Part shown: piece by piece, positions 43,239 through 51,212 of the stretch
Numbering within the stretch: the first letter of the stretch is position 1
How the letters are laid out: every line of letters starts with the position of its first letter
From: an uncultured Actinomycetes bacterium
Lineage (GTDB): Bacteria > Actinomycetota > Thermoleophilia > Solirubrobacterales > 70-9
Reading direction: 5' to 3'
DNA: 64,000 nt
Assembly (NCBI GenBank): GCA_963810455.1
Contig: CAWEOH010000062.1
Span: 5,737 to 69,736, forward strand
Made by a program: the position numbers and the translations under genes
Notes under the pieces: generated by a model
Database searches by the model: none
The model's input: only the letters and a program-made list of their open reading frames with translations
What the model was told of the DNA's origin: nothing

Positions 43239-45131
43239 CTACTCGTCGTAGACGACCGTCGCGGCGCCGCCGGCCGGCGCAGCGATCAACCCGACGACCC
43301 TCTGCGCCAAGTTAACCTCGTCGCCGGCCAGAACCAGGCCTTCGAGGGCATTGAGGGTCTGCTCCACCCAATCGGGGTCGATCTCGCGCTCGCGAACGGC
43401 GCGATTGATCCGCTTCGCCGCCGTCGGCTGCAGCTGCTCGCCGGCCGCGATCAGCTCCTCGTGCAGCTTCTCGCCGGGGCGCGGCTGGGTGAACTCGACC
43501 GCGATGTCGGTCTCCGGCTCGTAGCCGGCGAGGCGGATCATGTTGTGCGCGAGGTCGACGATCTTCACCGGCTCGCCCATGTCGAGGACGAAGACCTCGC
43601 CCTTGCCGGCGCCGATGTCGCCGGCGCGGATCACCAGCTGCACCGCCTCGGGGATCGTCATGAAGTAGCGCGTCATCTCGGGATGGGTGACGGTGACCGG
43701 GCCGCCGCGCTCGATCTGGCTGCGGAAGATCGGCACGACGCTGCCGGAGGAGGCGAGCACGTTGCCGAAGCGGACCGAGACGAACCGCGTCCCGGGGTGG
43801 GTGCGGCCAGCCGACTCGACGATCCACTCCGCCATCGCCTTCGAGGCGCCCATCACCGTCGCCGGGTTGACCGCCTTGTCGGTCGAGATCAGGACGAAGC
43901 GCTCGGCCTTGGCGGCGGCGGCGGTTTCGGCGGTGATCCGGGTCGCGATCGCGTTGTTGCGGACCGCCTCCAGCGGGTTGGCCTCCATCAGCGGCACGTG
44001 CTTGTAGGCGGCGGCGTGGAAGACGACGTCCGGCTTGAAGCGCTGCATCACCTCGAGCATGCGGTGCGGCTCCTTGCAGTCGGCGAGCACCGCCTCACAG
44101 CTGGCGAAGTGGCGCTCCTCGACCATCTCGCGGTCGATCTCGAAGAGGTTGTCCTCGGCGTGGTCGAGCATCACCAGCAGGCGCGGTCCGACGCGGGCGA
44201 TCTGGCGGCAGAGCTCGGAGCCGATCGAGCCGCCGGCGCCGGTGACGAGGACGATCCGGTCGCTGAGGTAGGCGCCGACGCGGTCGAGCTCGACGATGAT
44301 CGGGTCGCGGCCGAGCACGTCCTCTACCTGGACCTCGCGCAGCTGTTTGTTGAGCTGGACGCCGCCGCGCAGCAGCTCGAACACGGTCGGCAGGGTGCGG
44401 ACGTGGATGTCGCGCTCGCGGCAGGCGGCGACGACCTTGGCGCGCACAGTGCCCGGGGCCGAGGGGATCGCGATCACCACCTCGTCGGGCTCGGTCTCGT
44501 CGAGGATCCTGGCGATCTCGTCGGTCGAGCCGAGCACCTTGAGGCCGCCCGACATCCGCATCCCCCGCTTGCGCCGGTCGTCGTCGACGAAGCCGATCGC
44601 GGTGGCGCCGAGGTTGGGGTTGAGCTGCAGCTCGCGGACGACCATCTGGCCGCCCGAGCCGGCGCCTACCACCAGCACCTCGTGCCTCGGCACCCGGGCG
44701 CCGCGCTGGGGGCGCTCGACGATCAGCCGCACCAGCAGGCGGGCGCCGGCGATCAGGATCAGGGTGAGGACGAAGTCGCTGACCTCGACCGAGCGCGGCA
44801 GCGTGTGCGAGAAGGGCTTGAGGACGGCGAAGACGACGACGAGGATCGCGCTGGCGACGACGACGGCGCGGAAGATCTGCATGAAGTCGCGGCCGCTGAC
44901 GTAGCGCCACCACTTCTGGTAGAGCCCGAAGGCGGCGAAGACGATCAGCTTGCCGACGACGACGAAGCCGACCGACTGGGCGAAGAGGACCTCGTAGCGG
45001 TGCGGCCAGCCGTGGGGTTCGTCGAGGAACCGCAACTGGAAGGCGAGGAAGTAGGCGAGCGCGACGAGGCCGGCGTCGGCCGCCACCTGCAGCACCCGGT
45101 TGCGGTACACGGGGTGGTTCAAGCGGCGCAT
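43239..45131 (-). CDS. Membrane-bound nucleotide-sugar 4,6-dehydratase/epimerase (CapD/PglF/WbpM-like)
   Basis: The 630-aa product has 4-5 N-terminal TM segments, then VLVVGAGSGGQ and VLVTGAGGSIGSEL Rossmann motifs, and ..YKHVPLME.. / GASK. Confidence 0.92.
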   Translation of the reverse strand: MRRLNHPVYRNRVLQVAADAGLVALAYFLAFQLRFLDEPHGWPHRYEVLFAQSVGFVVVGKLIVFAAFGLYQKWWRYVSGRDFMQIFRAVVVASAILVVVFAVLKPFSHTLPRSVEVSDFVLTLILIAGARLLVRLIVERPQRGARVPRHEVLVVGAGSGGQMVVRELQLNPNLGATAIGFVDDDRRKRGMRMSGGLKVLGSTDEIARILDETEPDEVVIAIPSAPGTVRAKVVAACRERDIHVRTLPTVFELLRGGVQLNKQLREVQVEDVLGRDPIIVELDRVGAYLSDRIVLVTGAGGSIGSELCRQIARVGPRLLVMLDHAEDNLFEIDREMVEERHFASCEAVLADCKEPHRMLEVMQRFKPDVVFHAAAYKHVPLMEANPLEAVRNNAIATRITAETAAAAKAERFVLISTDKAVNPATVMGASKAMAEWIVESAGRTHPGTRFVSVRFGNVLASSGSVVPIFRSQIERGGPVTVTHPEMTRYFMTIPEAVQLVIRAGDIGAGKGEVFVLDMGEPVKIVDLAHNMIRLAGYEPETDIAVEFTQPRPGEKLHEELIAAGEQLQPTAAKRINRAVREREIDPDWVEQTLNALEGLVLAGDEVNLAQRVVGLIAAPAGGAATVVYDE

Positions 45132-45195
45132 GTAAAAGGGATTCTAGGGGCGGGCGGCTCGCTCTCGCAGCGGGATCTCCCGCCTGGGCCATACG

Positions 45196-45870
45196 ATGTG
45201 GCGCTCGATGGGCTCTCTCCTGCTGCTCGCGAGCGTCACCGACAAGGTCGTCGAACCGATCGTCGACGTCGCCACCGAATTCATCGGCTCGGCCGGCGTC
45301 GTCGCCGTCTTCCTGCTGATGACGCTCGAGTCGGCCTGCATCCCGGTGCCCAGCGAGGCGATCATGCTGTTCGCCGGCTTCAGCGTCTCGAAAGGCGAAC
45401 TGACCCTGTTCGGGATCGTCGCCGCCGGCGTCCTCGGCAACCTGGTCGGCTCCTGGATCGCCTACGCGGTCGGCTACTACGGCCGCATCGACCTGCTGGA
45501 GAAGAACCGGCTGATCCACGTCAACCCCAAGCACCTGAAATGGGCCGACGACTGGTTCGCCAAGTACGGCGCCGCCACCGTCTTCTTCTCGCGCATGCTG
45601 CCGATCATCCGCACCTTCATCTCGCTGCCGGCGGGGGTCGCGGAGATGCCGTTCTGGCGCTTCACCGCCTACACCGTCGCCGGCTCGGTCCCCTGGGTCC
45701 TGGCGCTGGCGCTGGTCGGCGAAGCGGTCGGCGACAACTGGGAAAGCTGGCGCCACAAACTCGGCTACCTCGACTACGTCGTGCTCGCGGCGATCGTGGT
45801 CGGCATCGTCTACCTGATCGTCAAGCGGCGCCGGCGCAGCCCGGAGCCCTCGGGCACCGGCGAGGCTTGA
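45196..45870 (+). CDS. DedA family (SNARE-associated) membrane protein
   Basis: The product contains VFLLMTLESACIPVPSEAIMLFAG...KYGAATVFFSRMLPIIRTFISLPAG. Confidence 0.88.
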   Translation: MWRSMGSLLLLASVTDKVVEPIVDVATEFIGSAGVVAVFLLMTLESACIPVPSEAIMLFAGFSVSKGELTLFGIVAAGVLGNLVGSWIAYAVGYYGRIDLLEKNRLIHVNPKHLKWADDWFAKYGAATVFFSRMLPIIRTFISLPAGVAEMPFWRFTAYTVAGSVPWVLALALVGEAVGDNWESWRHKLGYLDYVVLAAIVVGIVYLIVKRRRRSPEPSGTGEA

Positions 45871-46679
45871 GCGGGGGCGCCGGCGAGCCGCTGCCGGGCC
45901 GCCGCGCGGTGGCGCTGGGCCTGGTCCAGGGCCCGGCCGAGCTGCTGCCGGTCTCCAGCTCGGCCCACATCATCCTCGTTCCCTGGCTCGCCGGCTGGGA
46001 CTGGGAGGCGATCGACCCGGAGCTGCGCAAGAGCTTCGAGGTCGCGCTCCACACCGGCGCGGCGGCGGCGCTGCTGATCGGCCAGCGCCACGAGATCGTC
46101 GCCGAGCTGCGCGAGTTCGACCGCCGCCGGGCGCTGCTCCTCGCCGTCTCCTTCCTGCCGGCGGCGGTGGTCGGCTACACGCTCGAGCGCCCGATCGAGC
46201 GGCGCCTCGGCGGCCCGCGGGCGACCGCCTACGGCCTGCTCGCCGGCGCCGCGGCGATGATCGTCGCCGACGCCCGGCCGCAGCGCCGCGGCCGTGGCGA
46301 GGCGACGCTGGCCGACGGCCTGGCGCTGGGCATCGCGCAGGCGGCGGCGCTGGCACCCGGCGTCTCGCGCAACGGCATCACCCTGGCGGCTGCCCGCTGG
46401 CGCGGCTTCTCGCGCGACCAGGCGAACCTGCTCTCGCGGACGATCGCGCTGCCGATCATCGTCGGCGCCACGGCGCTGAAGGGCGCCCGCCTCGCTCGGC
46501 GTGGCACGACTCCCGGGCTGCGCCGCTCGCTGGCGATCGGCCTCGCCGCCTCCTTCGCCTCGACCCTCGCCTCCCAGCGCCTGATCGGGCTGGTCGAGCG
46601 CGACCGGGCGCTGTGGCCCTACGCCGCCTACCGGGCCGGCCTGGCGGCCGCGGTTCTCGTCAAACTGCGAGGAGCATGA
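45867..46679 (+). CDS. uppP: Undecaprenyl-diphosphate phosphatase
   Basis: The product contains LGLVQGPAELLPVSSSAHI...ALHTGAA...GVSRNGITL...LPII. The TTG start at 45867 overlaps the dedA stop (TTGA); the alternative is GTG 45909. Confidence 0.88.
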   Translation: MSGGAGEPLPGRRAVALGLVQGPAELLPVSSSAHIILVPWLAGWDWEAIDPELRKSFEVALHTGAAAALLIGQRHEIVAELREFDRRRALLLAVSFLPAAVVGYTLERPIERRLGGPRATAYGLLAGAAAMIVADARPQRRGRGEATLADGLALGIAQAAALAPGVSRNGITLAAARWRGFSRDQANLLSRTIALPIIVGATALKGARLARRGTTPGLRRSLAIGLAASFASTLASQRLIGLVERDRALWPYAAYRAGLAAAVLVKLRGA

Positions 46680-46723
46680 CGACCGGCGCGGTGATTTCCG
46701 GGGGTTCGAGTCCGTGCCGGTCG
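46680..46723 (+). terminator. 12-bp hairpin directly after uppP whose loop carries a tRNA T-loop-like GGTTCGAGTCC
   Basis: CGACCGGCGCGG-N20-CCGTGCCGGTCG has one G-U pair. The loop is TGATTTCCGGGGGTTCGAGT. Confidence 0.45.
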
Positions 46724-46746
46724 GCATGTGAACGGGGCGTGCTTCG

Positions 46747-47748
46747 ATGAGCGACGCCTACGCGAAGGCCGGGGTCGACCAGGGTGCCGCCGACTCGGCG
46801 GTCGCCGGGCTGGTGCGGGCGCTCGGCGCGATCGGGCTCGACCGGCCCTCGGCGCAGGTGCCGCTGCCCGGGCACTACGCGAGCGTGATCCGGGTCGCCG
46901 AGGGCCTCGGGATCGCGCTCTCGACCGACGGGGTCGGGACCAAGCTGGTGATCGCCGAGCAGCTCGGCCGCTACGACACGGTCGGGATCGACTGCGTGGC
47001 GATGAACGTCAACGACGTGATCTGCGTCGGCGCCGAGCCGCTGGCGATGCTCGACTACATCGCGATCGAGCGGGCCGACCCCGCGGTCTGCGAGGAAATC
47101 GGGGTCGGCCTGGCGCGCGGCGCGGAGCTGGCCGGGATCGAGATCCCGGGCGGCGAGCTCGCCCAGCTCGGCGACCTGGTGCGCGGCGTCGACGTCTCCG
47201 GCGCCTGCTTCGGCACCGTCGCGCTGGACGCGATCGTCGACGGCGGCGCGGTCGAGCCGGGCGACGTCGTGATCGGCCTGCCCTCGAGCGGCCTGCACTC
47301 GAACGGCTACACGCTGGCGCGCGCGGCGCTGGCCGGAATCGGCCTCGACGAGGACCCCGAAGGCCGGCTCGGCCGCCCGCTCGGCGAGGCGCTGCTGGAG
47401 CCGACCGAGATCTACGTCAAGCCGGTGGTCGAGCTGCTGCGCTCCCCGGTCGCGGTCCACGGCCTCGCCCACATCACCTCGGGCGGCACCGGCAACCTGC
47501 TGCGGCTGGCGGCCGAGGTCGGCTACGAGATCGACGCGCCGCTGCCGGTCCCGCCGATCTTCGAGCTGATCGCCGAGCGCGGCGGCGTCGCCGCCGCGGA
47601 GATGAGCGAGGTCTTCAACATGGGCTGCGGCTTCTGCGTCGTCGTCCCCGCAGCCGACGAGGCGGCCGCGCTCGACCTGCTTCGCGCCCACTATCCCGCC
47701 GCCGCCCGCATCGGCCAGGCGGTCGCGGGCCCGCGACGGATCGTCTAA
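46747..47748 (+). CDS. AIR synthase family protein (PurM-like)
   Basis: The product contains YAKAGVDQGAAD...STDGVGTKLVIA...GIDCVAMNVNDVICVGAEPLAMLDY...PSSGLHSNGYTLAR...AHITSGGTGNL...FNMGCGF. The canonical GGETAEM motif is replaced by PGGELAQL, so assignment as a true PurM is uncertain. Confidence 0.7.
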   Translation: MSDAYAKAGVDQGAADSAVAGLVRALGAIGLDRPSAQVPLPGHYASVIRVAEGLGIALSTDGVGTKLVIAEQLGRYDTVGIDCVAMNVNDVICVGAEPLAMLDYIAIERADPAVCEEIGVGLARGAELAGIEIPGGELAQLGDLVRGVDVSGACFGTVALDAIVDGGAVEPGDVVIGLPSSGLHSNGYTLARAALAGIGLDEDPEGRLGRPLGEALLEPTEIYVKPVVELLRSPVAVHGLAHITSGGTGNLLRLAAEVGYEIDAPLPVPPIFELIAERGGVAAAEMSEVFNMGCGFCVVVPAADEAAALDLLRAHYPAAARIGQAVAGPRRIV

Positions 47749-48623
47749 GCGGGCTCCCAGATCGTCCCGGTGAGGGCGCGGATCGGGCGCAGCCTGTGCT
47801 CGGCGGCGAGGCGCCAGAGCTCGGCGCAGGTCGGCGGGCCGGGGCTCTCGCCGAGGACTTCGGCCTCGCGGGTGGTGATGCGGCCGAAGCGGGCGACGGC
47901 GTCGAGCGGCGCCAGCGGGCCCGAGTTGACCTGGGTCGCGCCCGCCGCGAGGGCCGCCTCGCGGTAGGCCTCGAGCGGCTGCCAGCCCCAGACGCCGCGG
48001 CGCTCGCCGGCGCCGTCGACGAAGACGAAGGAGGGGAAGGAGAGGCGCTCGCGGCCTTCGGTCTGGCTCAGCTTGCCGGCGGCGCGAGCCTCCTCCGGGA
48101 TCCGGCGCACCTCCTCGATGTCGGCGCTGAAGGACTCGACCACGGCGTGCGAGGAGAGCGCGATCTCGAAGCGGGCGACGTCGAGCCCGGCCGGCTCGGC
48201 CTCGGCCAGCAGCGTCGCCGGGTTGTCGAGCTTGCGGCCCTCGCAGACCAGCCCTTCGCGCAGGCGCCGCAGGTAGCGCAGGCCGGCCTCCCAGCCCTGC
48301 TCGCTGGCCGCCTCGACCGCCATGCAGGCCGGGTAGGTGCTCTCGATGGGATTCTTCGTCCAGATCCGCGGATCGCACGGCATCCCGGTCTGACCGGCTA
48401 CGTTGAGCCAGTGCGACATCAGGTCTGCGAAGCAGTCGGAGCCGGAGCCGATCGCCCCCTCCTCGTCCCGGTAGTCCTTGCCGTAGCGCCGCGCCAGGCC
48501 GCCCATCACCAGGACGAGCTCGATCTCGCCCTCGAACTCCCAGAGCAGGCGCCGCAGCAGCGGTTCGGCACCCCACGACCAGGAGCAGGCGGGATCGGTG
48601 TAGTAGCGAACTTGTACAGGCAT
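47745..48623 (-). CDS. DsbA-family thioredoxin-fold protein with a CxxS motif
   Basis: The gene starts at ATG 48623 (MPVQVRYYTDPACSWSWGAEP...). It has the DsbA-like FrnE/polyketide-isomerase-type layout, and the active-site position reads C-S-W-S. Confidence 0.7.
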   Translation of the reverse strand: MPVQVRYYTDPACSWSWGAEPLLRRLLWEFEGEIELVLVMGGLARRYGKDYRDEEGAIGSGSDCFADLMSHWLNVAGQTGMPCDPRIWTKNPIESTYPACMAVEAASEQGWEAGLRYLRRLREGLVCEGRKLDNPATLLAEAEPAGLDVARFEIALSSHAVVESFSADIEEVRRIPEEARAAGKLSQTEGRERLSFPSFVFVDGAGERRGVWGWQPLEAYREAALAAGATQVNSGPLAPLDAVARFGRITTREAEVLGESPGPPTCAELWRLAAEHRLRPIRALTGTIWEPA

Positions 48624-48687
48624 CGACCCCGACTCTAAGACCTGCCCTGTTGAGACCGCCCCGCCCGCCTCATAACGTTGTGTCGCG

Positions 48688-50217
48688 ATGAGCGACCGCG
48701 CTTCGACCAGCTCGCAGATGATCGGCACCGTGCTCTCGGGCCGCTACCGGCTGCAGGCCAAGCTCGGCAGCGGCGGCATGTCGACCGTCTTCCTGGCCCG
48801 CGACCAGACGCTCGACCGCGACGTCGCGATCAAGGTGATGCACCGGGAGATGTCCGAGCAGGCCGACCAGCTCGAGCGCTTCCGCCAGGAGGCGCGGGCG
48901 GTGGCCAAGGTCTCGCACCCCAACGTGGTCGCCGTGATCGACGCCGGCGAGGACCACGGCCACCCCTACATCGTCTTCGAGTACGTCGAAGGGGAGACGC
49001 TGAAGCAGCGGATCAACCGGGTCGGCGCGCTCGACCCGCAGGAAGCGCTCGCCTACGCGATCGAGATCGCTCGCGGCCTCACCATCGCCCACTCGCGCAA
49101 CCTGGTCCACCGCGACGTCAAGCCGCAGAACGTGCTGATCGACCCCGAGGGACGGGCGAAGCTGACCGACTTCGGGATCTCCCGCCAGCTCGAGCAGGAC
49201 GGGATGACGGCCACCGGCCGCGTGCTCGGCACCACCGACTACGTCGCCCCCGAGCAGGCGATGGGCCACGCCGTCGACCAGCGCTCCGACATCTACTCGC
49301 TCGGCGTCGTCCTCTACGAGATGCTGACCGGCCAGGTCCCGTTCCAGGCCGACAGCCAGGTCGGGGTGGCGATGAAACACGTCAACGAGGAGCTGCCCGA
49401 CGTGCAGCAGCAGCGCCCGGAGCTCTCGGCCGCGGCGGCGCTGGTGGTCGAGCGGGCGACGACCAAGGACCCGGCGAAGCGCTACCAGGAGGTCGGCGAG
49501 CTGATCGACGACCTCTCCACCGCGCTCGAGGTCGAAGCGGCGCGGGCCGGCTCCTCGACCGGCGAGGCGACCAGCATCCTCGAGGCGCTGCCGGAGCCCA
49601 AGCGCAAGCTCTCCGGCCGCGCCCGCTGGTCGTGGCTCGCGCTGGCGCTGCTGGTCCTGATCGCCGCCGGCGTGCTCGTCGCGGTCCAGCTGGTCGGCAG
49701 CGGCAACAGCCCGGTCGGCGGCGGGGGCGGCGCCCAGAAGGAACAGGGGAGGACGGTGACGATCGGATCGGCGACCGCCTACGACCCCGAGGGCGACGGC
49801 CGCGAGGGCGACAGCACGGTCGAACTCGCCGACGACGGCAACCTGAGCAGCGCCTGGAGCACGGAGCACTACGAAGACGAAAACTTCGCCGGCACCAAGA
49901 GCGGGCCCGAACCGGTGGGCGTCGGCATCTACGTGACGACCAAGTCGCCGGCCTCTCCCGACGTGATGGTGATCCACACGCCGACTCCGGGCTGGAACGC
50001 GAACATCTACGCGGTCGAAGGCGAACCGCCGGCGCAGATCGACGAATGGGGCGACCAGATCGGGGAAGTGACCAACGCGAGCAAGCTCGAAGAAGTCGAA
50101 CTGAACCTCGGCGAACTCAAGCGCGACAACTTCCTGCTCTGGTTCACCAAGCTCGCCGACGACGGCGAAGGCAGCTACGGAGCCGAAATCAGCGAAATCA
50201 AGCTGCTCGAACGCTGA
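48688..50217 (+). CDS. Ser/Thr protein kinase with one TM segment and an extracellular beta-sandwich-like C-terminal domain
   Basis: The product contains GSGGMSTVFLA..VAIKV, HRDVKPQN, DFGIS and a TM segment WSWLALALLVLIAAGVLVAV. The C-terminus reads ..AYDPEGDGREGDSTVELADDGNLSSAWSTEHY... and I did not recognise its family. Confidence 0.88.
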   Translation: MSDRASTSSQMIGTVLSGRYRLQAKLGSGGMSTVFLARDQTLDRDVAIKVMHREMSEQADQLERFRQEARAVAKVSHPNVVAVIDAGEDHGHPYIVFEYVEGETLKQRINRVGALDPQEALAYAIEIARGLTIAHSRNLVHRDVKPQNVLIDPEGRAKLTDFGISRQLEQDGMTATGRVLGTTDYVAPEQAMGHAVDQRSDIYSLGVVLYEMLTGQVPFQADSQVGVAMKHVNEELPDVQQQRPELSAAAALVVERATTKDPAKRYQEVGELIDDLSTALEVEAARAGSSTGEATSILEALPEPKRKLSGRARWSWLALALLVLIAAGVLVAVQLVGSGNSPVGGGGGAQKEQGRTVTIGSATAYDPEGDGREGDSTVELADDGNLSSAWSTEHYEDENFAGTKSGPEPVGVGIYVTTKSPASPDVMVIHTPTPGWNANIYAVEGEPPAQIDEWGDQIGEVTNASKLEEVELNLGELKRDNFLLWFTKLADDGEGSYGAEISEIKLLER

Positions 50218-50246
50218 GCCGGCGGCGGCGCGTCGTTCGCGAAAGC

Positions 50247-51212
50247 CTAGAACTCGTGGGCGCGTTCGCGCCGGTGGCGCTCGATCGCCAGCCCGACCAG
50301 CCGGTCGCAGAGCTCCGGGTAGGGGACGCCGCTCGCCTCGAGCAGTTTCGCGTAGACGCTGGTCTCGGTGAAGCCGGGCATCGTGTTGAGCTCGTTGACG
50401 AGGACCTCGCCGGAGGGCTCGACGAAGAAGTCGCAGCGGGCGAGCCCGGAGCAGCCGGCGAGGAGGAAGACCTCGCCGGCGAGGGCGCGCACCCGGTCGA
50501 CCGCCTCCGGGCCGATCGGCGCCGGCACCCGCAGCTCCATGCCGCCCTCGGTGTACTTGGCCTCGAAGTCGTACCAATCGGCATGGGCGACGATCTCGCC
50601 CGGCAGCGAGGTCTCCGGCGCCTCGTTGCCGAGCACCGAGCACTCGACCTCGCGGCCATGGGCGGAGGCCTCGACGATCACCCGCGGATCGTGGCGCAAG
50701 GCCAGCTCGACCGCCTCGTCGAGGTCCTCGATCCGCTCGACGCGTGTGATGCCGACGCTCGATCCGAGGCGCGAGGGCTTGACCCAGAGCGGCAGCCCGA
50801 GCTGCTCGCAGCGCCCCCACCAGTCGTTGCCCTGCACCGCGGTGAACTCGACCTGGGGGATGCCATGCGCGGCGAGCAGCCGCTTCAGCGTCAGCTTGTC
50901 CATGCAGACCGCCGAGCCGAGCACGTCGGAGCCGACGTAGGGCACGTCGAGCCACTCGAGCAGCCCCTGGATGCTGCCGTCCTCGCCGAACGGCCCGTGC
51001 AGGGCGGGGAAGACGGCGTCGGCGTCGAGCAGGCCGCCGCCCGGCACCAGCTCGACCGCGCCGCCGGGCATCGTCCAGCGGCCGTCGCGCCCGATCGTCA
51101 CCTCGACCGTCTCGTGGCCGGCATCGCGCAGGCCGGCGGCGATCGCCGCCCCCGAGCGCAGCGAGACCTCGTGCTCGGAGGAGCGGCCGCCGCTCAGCAC
51201 GACCACCCTCAT
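50247..51212 (-). CDS. ddl: D-alanine--D-alanine ligase
   Basis: The product contains MRVVVLSGGRSSEHEVSLRSG...ALHGPFGEDGSIQGLLE...KPSRLGSSVG...ELNTMPGFT. The ATG overlaps the pknB stop (ATGA, 51209-51212). Confidence 0.93.
   Translation of the reverse strand: MRVVVLSGGRSSEHEVSLRSGAAIAAGLRDAGHETVEVTIGRDGRWTMPGGAVELVPGGGLLDADAVFPALHGPFGEDGSIQGLLEWLDVPYVGSDVLGSAVCMDKLTLKRLLAAHGIPQVEFTAVQGNDWWGRCEQLGLPLWVKPSRLGSSVGITRVERIEDLDEAVELALRHDPRVIVEASAHGREVECSVLGNEAPETSLPGEIVAHADWYDFEAKYTEGGMELRVPAPIGPEAVDRVRALAGEVFLLAGCSGLARCDFFVEPSGEVLVNELNTMPGFTETSVYAKLLEASGVPYPELCDRLVGLAIERHRRERAHEF

Noticed and set aside
48671-48687. A possible leaderless promoter (TAACGT as a TANNNT -10 element) for the kinase at 48688.
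   Set aside because: The spacing is plausible, but a single hexamer match in a 64-nt spacer is not sufficient evidence. It is mentioned only in connection with the AACGTTGT motif.
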